From assembly GCA_002633005.1 (NCBI GenBank), contig NMRA01000205.1, positions 545,273 through 609,272 on the forward strand: a stretch of 64,000 nt of DNA, in the 5' to 3' direction. Numbering within the stretch: position 1 is the stretch's first letter; each line of letters opens with the position of its first letter. Shown here piece after piece: positions 1-11,855 of this stretch. The notes under the pieces are model-generated. The model was not told the DNA's origin. It saw only the letters and a list, made by a program, of their open reading frames with translations, and did not search any database. The translations under genes and the position numbers were made by a program. This DNA comes from Phoronis australis (taxonomy: Eukaryota > Animalia > Phoronida).

Positions 1-745
1 CCCTATTGTTTATTGTATTTTCAGTTATAAACAAACATTTTTTTAACTGAAGTTCTAAAGGAATCTAGGCAATAAACTCTGCCGTGTGAAAAGATAGTGA
101 ATGGACACCCTAGTTTCTCAAAATTTAGGGCACACCCTGTCTAGAAATTAGGATAAATTTATCTCCTGGCGGAAATTCTTACTGTTGACTGTTTGCCTGG
201 CCAAGGCTATGCCATCAATCTTGTTAAGTCTGTCTCTGGCTCTCTCCAGGTATTGCAGGCATCTTGTTAGCCCTATCTAGGCCATGTTTACATAGTTTAT
301 CACAAAAGTATGGTCTGCTGACCACCTTACATAATGCCTTGTCTTCTCTAATCTGAGGATATAGTTGGTGACCAACAGATAGCTGGCCACACTAATAGTG
401 CCTAGTCTTGCATCTCATGTACTGATGGCATCGGACAAAGGTGAAATCTCGCCACTTTTTGAAAAAAAGGATTGCCTGATTCGTCTTCTTAGATTGCTGT
501 GATTCCATACAATTTTTCAAAATATTTTTCAATGCTTAGTATGGTAAAGAATTTGAAGATGGTTGAACATTACTTTCGTGTTACTTATCGTTTATGAAAA
601 AAGTGGAAAAAATAGAATTTTATTTGTCAGTTGTTTTAAATCATATTTTGGTGAGATTTTATCGTTGCTCTACAGTCTGCCCTCGTTCTTTTCACAAGAG
701 CCTTTATTATTGTTAGGAATACCCACAGTATAGTTTATAGTATAT

Positions 746-1616
746 TTTATACCACAATATTAGCGTCAAATGGCAGATACAACCGTGTAATAACCCATAA
801 AGTTATCTCACTAGTGAGATAACGATTTGGCGGGAAACCGAGGACGGAGTCGAACCCGGGACCTTGAGTTAGCTGGTCGCCGACCTTAACCACTGCACCA
901 CGCAGCAGCTGACGTCATCAAGAGTGAAAATAGAATACTTAAATGAGCACGCGCAATAATTGCACGTTCAACAAACCGCATAGTACTGTACTTATACGCT
1001 ACGAAAAATAAGACACATAATTTTCAAAAAAATGATATCTTAATTCAGTGAAATTTTTCTCTCATGTCCTCTTACTTGTAAATCACCGATCTCCAGTTTG
1101 AATGCGGGTATCGTGTCGTCAGGATCTTTGACTTGAGAATTATAGTCAGTTACCAGTGGTAACCTACTTTAGCAGACGATAATTTCCCGGTCGAAGCTTA
1201 GCGTAAAAAAACGCGTTTTAAGCTATAATAGTTGGTAAACCTTAATTTATAAATTCAGTTTATTTCTATTATATTTAAGTTTTCAATTGGTTTTGAGTAA
1301 AAGCATTATTTGACAAAAATAGCCCGGCTTTTCTTAAAAGGTCACGACCTCCGACCCCGGGCCTCTGACATAGAAAGTAGTTACAAAGCCGTGGAGAGTC
1401 AGAAAAGGTAAATCGATTCATTGCAATGTTTCTCGTTTAGTATGTGGTATAAATAGATTATTACATGTTCTCAGCCGTTATCCCCCTTATCTAGAGCCCT
1501 CGTGGATTTTGGAGAATTATCACCCTCGGGGCTAACGCCCCTCGGGCGATAATTCTCCAAAATCCACTCGGGCTCTAGATAACGGGGGATAACGACTTCG
1601 CCATGTAATAATCTAT
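746..1616. mobile_element. Unclassified non-autonomous element: short inverted repeats, internal tRNA-like segment and long terminal hairpin
   Basis: TTTATACCACA (746-756) and its reverse complement TGTGGTATAAA (1443-1453) bracket ~700 bp. A ~164-bp imperfect palindrome (1453-1616) follows directly. There is an internal perfect 22-bp palindrome at 802-823. Confidence 0.55.
830..910 (-). repeat. tRNA-derived segment (SINE head or tRNA pseudogene)
   Basis: Minus strand reads ...GCGTGGTGCAGTGGTTAAGGTCGGCGACCAGCTAACTCAAGGTCCCGGGTTCGACTCCG..., with A-box and B-box motifs at tRNA spacing. No convincing acceptor stem. Confidence 0.6.
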
Positions 1617-2648
1617 ATGTATTATGATAGCTACAGAATAGAACCTGATGCAAAATTGATTTTATTTAAATGATGAGAAAATAAAATCACACTCGTTTGA
1701 ACTGTATTATGCTCTAGACTTTACTTAAATTCAAGTGATTCATCTTCAGAAGAATTTCCTTTCCTGCTAATGCCTCGTGCCGTTCTGTGAACATTGCGTA
1801 ATTTTTAAATTGTAATCTTGAATTGTGTTTTCAGCCCCTGTATGTGGTATTTTATTTTGCAATTTGCCCACTTGAACGAAGAATGGAGCCCTAATGCATT
1901 TATGTTGTGGTGTGAATAGTTAAGTGTTCCAGTGATGGATTTCACAGGTGCCATTAAAAACAGTTTTGTTCTGAAAAGCTTTTCAATTGTTACGCAATGG
2001 AATACAACGACCAGATCTTGGGCAGGGTACCTGAAACCTAATTGCTCATGGAATGGTCAATATCGCCAATACGACTCTGCTTGCTTAGTCCATGGTCGGT
2101 ACAGTATTTTCTCGCCTACCTTCATGATAATGGCTGGTGCACAGGTTAACAGTCACTTCATTCTCTCCCTTTTTTGGAGCCAAGTGACAGCAGTGGTCAG
2201 TTGCTCAATTCCCCACTCTTGTTTGAGGCATAATTGATCGCATGTCTACCTTACAAGGGAAATTACAGTTAATAATATCAATCTACTGATAAAACGAGCT
2301 ATCATCCATCATTTCGGGCACTTTACTGTGTCACCATTATGACGGAGCACAAATTACACTGAAAGTACTCATAATTTGGGAAAAGGCACTGACTGAGGAG
2401 ATTCATCTATGATGTTGCATGAATATAACTATTATACTGTTTCTGTTTCTGTTTCTGTGAGGCAGGACGTTGTTTTCCAAATGTTGCCCTCCATGACGCC
2501 TACAGTTCACGAGTGCTTAAAGAGTGTATTACCAAGAAAGCATGTAAAAATTCACTTGCCTTGCCTTATGTAACATTCCTTAGCTGTAAAATCTCAACAG
2601 TTTCGGGCATGACATAAGTGGACAATGCATTTCTCATTTTTCACAATA

Positions 2649-2881
2649 ACAAAAAAAAAAGTAATTGCAGGGGATCTGGTACACGTTGTACAAGAGGTGT
2701 GCAGGCCGCGCATGTGGGCCCATTGCACTGATCACCTGGAACTATTTTTGTGCTTTATTAATATGTAGTTAAAACCCCAGCTGAGGAGCTAGAAACCTGA
2801 CTCAAGGGTTTAGCAGTGTGGCCCAGTGGGACTCGAACCCATGACCCTGAAGGCGGGCACCATCACACTAGGCCACACTGC
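2649..2881 (-). mobile_element. tRNA-derived SINE with target-site duplication
   Basis: Minus strand has A-box-like TGGCCTAGTG, B-box GGTTCGAGTCC and a T-rich tail. It is flanked by the exact 16-bp direct repeat CTCATTTTTCACAATA (2633-2648 and 2882-2897). Confidence 0.85.
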
Positions 2882-3204
2882 CTCATTTTTCACAATAGGT
2901 GTGTAGCATAAAAAATAATGCTTTGCCATGTTTTAGTTCTCCATCATAGCTACCGACAGACAATATTCCGAAAAATTTTGGGGATTCGCAGTTATTGTAG
3001 AAGTCCTTAAAATTGAGAAATGAGCAATATAAATTACTTTTGACTAAAATTGACAAGCTTTTGCTGTGACATCCATCACTTCCGTGTCAACATCGACACC
3101 CCATGGCCAAAATATTCTCTGACAGCATCTTTGTTCACATCGCTTAATCCTTTTGCAACTAGATGCAATGCCCATGATAATCATGTGGAGGTTTACATAG
3201 AACT

Positions 3205-3276
3205 CTGTGGCCAAAATCTATTCAAATCCCTGTGGCCAAAATCTACTCAAATCCCTGTGGCCAAAATCTTCTCAAA
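3205..3276. repeat. 25-bp tandem repeat, about 3 copies
   Basis: Unit CTGTGGCCAAAATCTA(T/C)TCAAATCC repeated. Confidence 0.85.
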
Positions 3277-6200
3277 CAAAATCTTTGTTCACATTGCTTG
3301 TGGTTGTGCAACAGAATCCATTCTAAGGTTGTGGTGATATTGTGAAGATTTAAATAGCTTGAAGGAGACATAGAGTTGCTGTGCATTTGCAGGTTGTTTA
3401 AATTTCTGCAAGGTTTTGTTTACCATTCTTGCACAAAGTCTGTTCTAGGAAATCCTTTCATATTTAGACTTGGTAAAGGTTAGCTAAGATTCTTAAATGG
3501 AAAATGGAAACATAACCCCTTAGCTTCATCCCAAGAAAACGCATTTAGTTTGGGATTTTGCTTCCTGGCGTCATAAACTAATGCTCCATTCCTGTGTTTT
3601 GAGGTCTCGACTTTTCGCAGAATAATCACAACTTACAGCTCCTGTGGTGAAAATTGCTTTTTTACCATTGATTAGGCGGCCAGTGTACCTGTGTTGGTGT
3701 GCTTTAGGTTATGCTGTGCCAGTTTTTAACAGCGTAATTTGCTTTTTGAAAAGCTTTTAGTGGTTATTTTAGTGCCTGTGAATGCAAGAGCCTTCTGAAG
3801 GGGTTGTTCAGTGGTTGCTCCCATTCTCAGTTGTTCACCGTCGAGTCGATCATAGGCTCCTTGTGGCTAATTACTACTTTAGGTGTCGGCAATATTGAAA
3901 TCTGTATGTGTCCCACTCTGGTAAAGGGAGTAAGGTACTAGTGAAGTTGTAGTAAAATCTTCTTGTTTTGTGATATTTAGTTCTGTATTTTAGAAAGTAT
4001 AAGGATACTTGTCAGAATATTGTAAATAGCGCCCATAAACACTTAAGTTGATATTCAGATAAAAAATTTAAAATCTTGATTCAAATTTCGTTGTTTGACT
4101 AGTTAATGATGTGCTCGCGTTAATTGTATACATTCCAGCATAATTTTCACAGTGTTCACTCCTGCGAATGCTTGTCAGTTTCATACATACTATCCATTTG
4201 TTAGTGTCCTATGCCAAGTCAGATGGCCCATCATCCTTTTTACCTTGACAAGCCTAGTTCCAATGGCAGATTTTATGAGTCAGCATGTTTGTGTACCTAA
4301 TTAAGTCTCCAACACTAGCGACTTTATACTTTAATATAGTGAGGTACTTAGAGGTCTCACTTTGTATTGAAAATATATGTTTGTACTGGTCTAATAAGTC
4401 ACTCTAAGTGAGGATTACTTAGTCACCACCCTGACAGTTCAGTTTGTCTTGGGTATGAGTTGAATTGAAATGTTGAGTGAATGAGTACAGAATTTTTTGT
4501 CACTTTGTACCCAAATGAACTCTGTGAAATCAGGCTAAATGTACTATGTGATGGACACTGGACTGTGCATGGCAAGTTGACATGGACACAGAGCAGGGTT
4601 ATATGGGGTTTTAATCATTCGTTTACGCATTTTGAAGCACTAGTTGTAAAAGAGATGTTTTATTCGACAGGAACAACAAAAAATACCGGTGTTTCGAGAA
4701 CCGGCTAGAATCCTTTTGGAGTTCATGAACCTTTGTGGAATTAATCCTGTTAATTTTTTTGGGAATATTTCAGGAATCTCGAAATACATGAAACGTGGCT
4801 ATTGTCGTTTTCATCGCTAAGATGTCAGATATGATTCCTTTAATACGAACCCTTGTCTTGAGCGTTTAATCTGTGTTTTTTACCTGTCTGTCTTCTTATA
4901 TTCTTTCTTATCAGAAGGCGGTATTTGAGCACTCAGAATTTTTATGGCACATTATTCCAATTTGGGTCAGTGACCAGATTTGCCAGCTTTACATATTAGA
5001 AAAAATTGTAGTTGGTGGTCAGCCAGGTTTTATTTCACTTTTGTTGAAGTGGCATTCTGTTTAGCCATTCTGGCATGAGGCACGTGTTGCCCAGTGTTCA
5101 GTCATTCCCAGAGAACTAGCATGTAGGGTTCAAATAGGTCAAACAGCCAGTCACCCATTTGGCCTTCACTGGGACCAGCTTTGTGTGTTGTGTTATGTAA
5201 CCGGCCTGTATAGGAAATGGCCATACAATACCTGTTGTGACAGACAGATGTAGATTTGTGGAGAGCACCTTTGGAAAGACACAATGGGCTGTTTAGTTAA
5301 ATACTAGGTACTACATTCTCTGTGACCTGTACCCAGTATGGGTCTCTCCTAATGGGGCATTTTGTGTGGCTAGTTCCTTGCCAGTGCTGTCAGATCACAC
5401 AAGCAAGAATATAATCTCACCAGATCTCCTGCCTATCAGAAAGTTTGATGCAGGACAACTAGGGAGGGGATCGGTACTCAACTCGTATTTGAAAAGTGGG
5501 GTCCAAATTTGGGAGACTTACACGCACCATATGGAGGGATTCCGTATGGTCACTCTGACGTCATTGGACAGGGAGGTATCTCCACGAAAAACATGGCTGA
5601 TCGTCACTGTGACATTTATGGTAAAAGTAGATGGTGATAGTCTGTGGTCTCGATCAAGGTCTGAATATCTATCAAACCTAAACAGTGATTTGAAAGTTTG
5701 AATAAAACTTATCGTCCAAAAGGGATAAAATTCTTTGTTTAGCTGTGATTTTTGCCTTGGTTGTCTTAAAAATTGGCTGTACCAATGACAGCTATCATGA
5801 CTTCTAGATGAGTTCCTGAAGGGGATACTCATTGGCGGCCATATTTTGGTACTAGTGTTGTTGGAAAATTAGGATATCCTCCCCTTGAGAGAGTGGCCAC
5901 GAAATAGTGATCTATTTTTTGGGAGCTTCAATGAAAAAGTCACCATCAGTTGGGTTTTCTTACAGAACAACACTTTTGTTGGGGTTAATTTCATCACCAT
6001 TACTCTTCATCGGCATTTTCGGATAGCTGAATTTTCTCCCCATTTACGTTGCTATTGTCAAAAATCAGTATAACTTTTGCCACAAAGTTTTTTAGAAATG
6101 TTGATGATATTAATAACCTGGAGCAATTTGTGCAGATGGTAAAAGAAATCATTTGAGTAGGTTTGAAAACCCAAAGTAGACTTTTTATATAGAGAATTTT

Positions 6201-8326
6201 GTTAAAATAAGGCACCCTTTCACTGGGAATGTGACTGTACAAGTCGCCCTTCTCATGCGCACATCTTGTATCGCTGTCCTACCGGAATAATCTTTCACAC
6301 AGCATTGAGGCTTTGATGCACCTGTTTACAGCTAAGTTACTTTTCCCACCAAGGTTAACGTTCTCACCCCGCACGTTGACCATAGCAGATTCTTCAAACC
6401 AACATTGATGCAAACGAAATTAAAAATTCTAATACCAGCATTGATTCATCAAGGTAATTTATGGACTCAACGGTCATTTTTTTATTTCTGATCCCTACAT
6501 CATTGCTACATGTAGTCAAATTTTCTATGTTGTAGTCTATAAACCATGAGATTGAATTCGCTTTATGTTTTTCCTTGTTATAAAATTGCGAGAATAAAAT
6601 TACCTTTGTTCTTCCATTTTGATGCTTGAAAAATGCAGAATTGTATTGTTCACTATTGAATAAAAAAGCAATTTAGTCTTTTCTTAGAGTCATTTTGAGA
6701 TCTGCAATTTCCAGCTAAATGAGGCCCACACATATCAATTTAAGCCTAGGTCTTGTGTTTTTGCTCACCTCGTGATTTTTTTCCCACAAAATGAGCAGCT
6801 AAAATGACGCAGTACCGACTCGATTCACAAAATTCAGTAATAAGAACCGACTATATTTTTCAACTTTATGTCGCCTATAGCGAAATAGTGAAATTCTGTT
6901 ATACGATTTTAAATAAATGAAAATTAGCATCAACTAAGCACTACACTATCTTCAAGTTCTGCTTCACAGCTACTATTAGAAAGTCAGTACTTTGAAAAAC
7001 TGTGTGTATTGGCAGCAGTGTTAGAAGCCCTTGGAAAATGGTAAGGACAGTTTTTGGCAATTATTTCTGTCTGAAACTGGTGCCATTTCATCTGTTGGTT
7101 GAACTTCTATGTAAACCAGTATATCCTTACAGTGGATGCCTGTCTCTCATTAAAAGTTTTGTTTGGTCTCTGTAGAGTCCATGACTCTATTTTCTCTTTA
7201 AAGCCCACAAACACCTAATTAGAAATGACATTTGCAATAATGGACTTGCTGTTAGCTTGCAGTTGTCACCTTGAATTTTCATTCAGTGATTTCCTTCGTG
7301 TTTAGTCCAACATCTATCGCGCTTTGAGCATCTACTTAGTTGGTCTGTCTTTCTCTCTATGTTCTAATGTTTAAAAAGAGTATCTGAGCTTGCACGCTTA
7401 TAAATAAATCCTTTAGTCAATACTTAATTGAAATTTCCAACGCCAGTGAATAAATAGATGTTACATGGAGAGGAGGTGTCAATAATTGTAAATATAGACT
7501 GAAACCTACGGTGTGGTGCTATTATAAATTCATACATTAAGTGGATACTTGGGAATTCGTATTTCGCACATGGTGTGGTGAAATTTAAATGAAACTTTTG
7601 TTCTATCCAATTTCTCTTGACTTTATTGGCGAGGTTTGTGCTGAACAGGCAATTGTTGGTAGAAATTTGACCTTTGGAAAGTGGAAAATTGCAAAAATTT
7701 TAATTCCTTGTCAATTTTTGACACCACAGATTGGTGATCAGAGGGCATTCAACTGTGGCCACATGAAGACATACACTGGAGTGGATCAATCAATAGCTTA
7801 TTACTTTACTTTGGATTCCAGGATATTTTATTGGTGTGGTAATATACCCCCATTTCCCCTTGTTATAGAGTTCAATTAGGGCTTGATTCCACAGTGTTTT
7901 TGTGTGTAATGGAGTGGACCAAGTCTTTGGTATCACCCATGAGTGTTATTCCTCCAACAATACCTACATGGGTTAGTGTATGACCACAGCATACAGCATT
8001 TGTGTATTGCCAATGCTCTACTGAACAGCTGAGACTTGGGTCCAGTGTACATTATGCAATGTCCAGACAGAGCCAAGAATTGGCCTTGTCAACCAGCCAG
8101 TCTGACCAGGCTCATGTAATTAGACTGGGGATTATTGCATTAGGAAATACTTGCAGCAATAAGCAAACATACACATGCATCCTACAGCCTGTTTATTGTT
8201 GAAGAGCAAGGGTTAACAGGGAACAGACTTTGGGGTTAGTCGATGGTACAGATTTTGTGTTTGGATTATCTATGAATTACATTGCACATCTCCTCGCAGC
8301 CCCTGGAACAGGAGAGTTATTCTAAG

Positions 8327-9639
8327 TGACAGTTATCAAGGGGGGATTGCTCAAAGCCGATAGCCACTTCCCAACGTTCCATAGCGCCATCTGTGATTCT
8401 ACTATATTCACCCACAATGCAAAATGTCAGTAGGGCGTTCGCCCCACTGTTGTACCCTGCTGCCTTGTTATTCAATATTTTATGTTCAAATTGGCTTGTT
8501 GTTCACTGTTGCGGCACTGATCTCAAAAATTGAATGGTGCTCTGTAGTTGGTCTTTTACTTGTCTAACTCAACTCAAGGCATTTGCAGATCTACCTTTTA
8601 GATCTGGCGTGCGTTCAGTAGACGCTAGGACCTACGCTAGGACCTAGCTAAAACCTAGTAAAAGTCACGTGCTCTCATTTAAAATACATGGCAATATCTC
8701 ACGTAATCTCGCGAAGTCTTGCTTTTTAGCGAGGTTCTAGCGTTACTGAACGGGAGGCTGGATTAATATCCTACAATGTGTTTTTCTATCTCCAAACAGG
8801 AGAGCTGAATTCAACATGTGCCCTGTAATTCCATCAGGTTTATGTTAGTCTAATTTAAGGTTTGTGCAAAGCCCCTACTGTATGCTTCAATAAGCCAACA
8901 TTTCTTTTTAACGTATGAAGTTGGAATTTCAGCTGTTGGCAAAAAGATTGCTTGTTCCACCTGGTGCAAAATAATTTCCTCCCACCCTGGCAGGTGGCAG
9001 CATAGTTCCACGCTATGTGATTGAACAGTCAAGTTTGGTGCTGTCTTCATTTGCATATCNTGACAGTTATCAAGGGAGGATTGCTCAAAGCCGATAGCCA
9101 CTTCCCAACGTTCCATAGCGCCATCTGTGATTCTACTATATTCACCCACAATGCAAAATGTCAGTAGGGCATTCGCCCCACTGTTGTACCCTGCTGCCTT
9201 GTTATTCAATATTTTATGTTCAAATTGGCTTGTTGTTCACTGTTGTGGCACTGATCTCAAAAATTGAATGGTGCTCTGTACGTGGTCTTTTACTTGCCTA
9301 ACTTAACTCAAGGCATTTGCAAATCTACCTTTTAGAACTGGATTAATATCCGACAATGTGTTTTTCTATCTCCAAACAGGAGAGCTGAATTCAACATGTG
9401 CCCTGTAATTCCATCAGGTTTATGTTAGTCTAATTTAAGGTTTGTGCAAAGCCCCTACTGTATGCTTCAATAAGCCAACATTTCTTTTTAACGTATGAAG
9501 TTGGAATTTCAGCTGTTGGCAAAAAGATTGCTTGTTCCACCTGGTGCAAAATAATTTCCTCCCACCCTGGCAGGTGGCAGCATAGTTCCACGCTATGTGA
9601 TTGAACAGTCAAGTTTGGTGCTGTCTTCATTTGCATATC
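8327..9639. repeat. Near-identical tandem duplication across a single N (probable haplotype/assembly artefact)
   Basis: 8327-9059 (733 bp) matches 9061-9639 (579 bp), with N at 9060. The copies differ by scattered substitutions and one 154-bp indel. Confidence 0.9.
8607..8757. mobile_element. MITE (PIF/Harbinger-like), present in only one of the two copies
   Basis: Imperfect TIRs CGTTCAGTAGACGCTAG / CTAGCGTTACTGAACG and a 3-bp TSD CTG (8604-8606, 8758-8760). The second copy shows the empty site with a single CTG; 151+3 bp equals the length difference. Confidence 0.85.
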
Positions 9640-11772
9640 CTCAAACTGCATTTTTGTACTTAGTTTTCTGTGGTTATCTATTAAAGTTGCCATTAAGAAC
9701 TTCTAAGTTTTGTTTTCATAAAAGCACCAACGAGACTTACGGGTTCAATTGTTGACACGCATGCTGAGTGCTGCCTCTAGAAAGACATCAGTCCCAGTGT
9801 CTTACTTCCAAACTGAAATTTCACCAACATAATTGTGCCCACTACAAAACCAAAATTACCACACCTTAAAGACATTCGTTTATACCAGTTAAGATCTGAG
9901 CTCTACCTTAATTCCCAAAAATTTAATCTGAACTTCCCTGATACAACTATGTCTATGTGAAGAGACCAACGCTGCAGATCATTTCTTCATGAAATTCCAA
10001 CTACACTTCCACTGCCTGACTTAACATGATATTATTTAGAACTGTTTCATTTGAATTAAAAATCCTTATGATTGTGTCAACTTTTTTTGCTTTGTAGAAG
10101 CAATACTTTTGCCTATTTTTTAAACTCTATTGTATTTAAATGTGTGTCAGAATATATCTTCAACAACCTTTTTCTATTTAGCGATTTAGCAGTGCCCAGT
10201 AAGCTTTCTTTTCCCTCACCCCTTTTATATTTTTTGTCACAAATTTCTTTAATTTCATGTATAGTTTTCCCTGTTCTTTATTTCAGCGTCTGTTATTAGG
10301 ATATCATGTTGTATAATTTCTTTGTATTAAATGTAAACTCAGGTACTGTGATGATCTGCCTTCTGGGTAATTTGTATTATTTCATATGACTATGTTACTT
10401 AAAATAAAATATTTTGCAGTGTAATACTAATTTTTCGATATAGCGGGAAATGATGAAATAGGACTCGCTGCTAGGTGGCGTTGTGGCGATACCGTGGTTG
10501 GTAGGCAGGTGTTCTGCATTCTTATATGCGGTTTTCGTGCAGTTTTAATTTCCCGTTTTTTTATAAAAAAACTGTCCACCATTCCATCAAATTCCTGCTT
10601 TTTCGCGGTGATTCACGTAAAAATGTCCGTCTGAAAATGTCCATGATAGCCATCTGTTCCCGTCTACTCGGCCAGTCTTGCATATCAAAATTACAGACCC
10701 TAAGACACTTTTGTGCTGTCACAATGCTGAAAAGCTCCATGTAGAATGTTTCCTATTGGTTCATTCTTATTGTCACAAGATAAATCTTGTTGCATTGTCC
10801 AGTAGGCAGTGGATGCTTACTTAATCTCAGTGATTATTATGTCAAGAGTCTACTTAATTAGCCAGTGACAACCAGCCGTTGGGAGTGTTGGGATGGGGAG
10901 ACTGAGCTGGATGTGGTGCAAACATCTGTGCTCGATTTTGTCTGCTGTCTTCTGCTAATTTGAGCCAACAGATACAAATAAAAACTGAACATGAAGAGTT
11001 GCAATTCCAAAGTGTCTTTTCATGTTTTGTTTTAGGCCAGCTGTGGTGTGCTGTTATCTTAACACCAGAACAGAGTAGTCACTTGCCTCTGGGAAATCTG
11101 TGCTCATTAAAAGTGCTTCAATTTACAGTAAAAAATTCAGTATTTCTCGGGGATAAAGCCTATATTTGGCTCAAGGCTCACTCGCAAAAAATAGAAATTT
11201 TCACTTGACACCCATTTTTGGCGAAGCAAGCTTTCCAATTTAAATGACTAAGACTTCATTGAAAGCACATGTCGCTTTGTGAATGCCTGCAAAATTTTAT
11301 CAAAGTGTAAAAGCAAATCAGTTAATAATTGGAAGTTGAGTTTTTCTCAATGCTTATTTTTTGATAAATTTGACTAAAATCCACATGACTGCCATGCTGT
11401 GTGTTAATTGAAGACCATTCAACAAAAGAAAACGTCAGTGTTGGTGGCACGTTGCTGTATTCAGGTGGAAAAACTCCTGTTTTTTTAATTCCTGCACCTG
11501 AGTACGTTGGGTTTATTGGTGGCTCAAATTTTATGGATTGCTTAAAGTGCAAAAATATTTTCTATGCATGTTTTGCGTCACCTTATTGTTCCAGGCCAGG
11601 GTAATAGTACGTACTTTACCTGTTGTACCCGAGTAACCTCTGCCTGTCTGATGAGATAAGAGGACCCAGACAGGGCAATCGACACCTTGCATCATGGGGG
11701 CCCTTTTGATACAGGTATGTGTTTATAAAACGTACCGGACCAACTAAGAGTCGTGTTTATACTGTTTTGCAG

Positions 11773-11855
11773 GTTGCTGTTTTGTCACTATGGCGACGCG
11801 AGCACAGGCCCTTGAAGCGCAATGCAAGTTGCACAATGCCAAGATTATGAAGGGG
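11773..11855 (+). CDS. CELF1/2: CELF1/2-like exon, RRM1 second half: (G)CCFVTMATRAQALEAQCKLHNAKIMKG
   Basis: TTTTGCAG acceptor and GTGAGT donor. Resembles CELF1/2 [22 protein letters not shown]. Phase 1 to 0, joins the next exon in frame. Confidence 0.92.

Noticed and set aside
830-910. Functional tRNA gene
   Set aside because: A and B boxes are present but the acceptor stem does not pair and it is embedded in a repeat.
8850-9693. Duplicated 87-119 aa ORFs suggesting a tandem gene pair
   Set aside because: Products of the N-flanked duplication; no recognisable domain or splice structure.
1-11590. Upstream CELF exons (start codon, RRM1 first half with KMFVGQIP-like motif)
   Set aside because: No matching translated segment recognised; probably outside the window. 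VVGGQPG at ~5010 lacks the surrounding motif.
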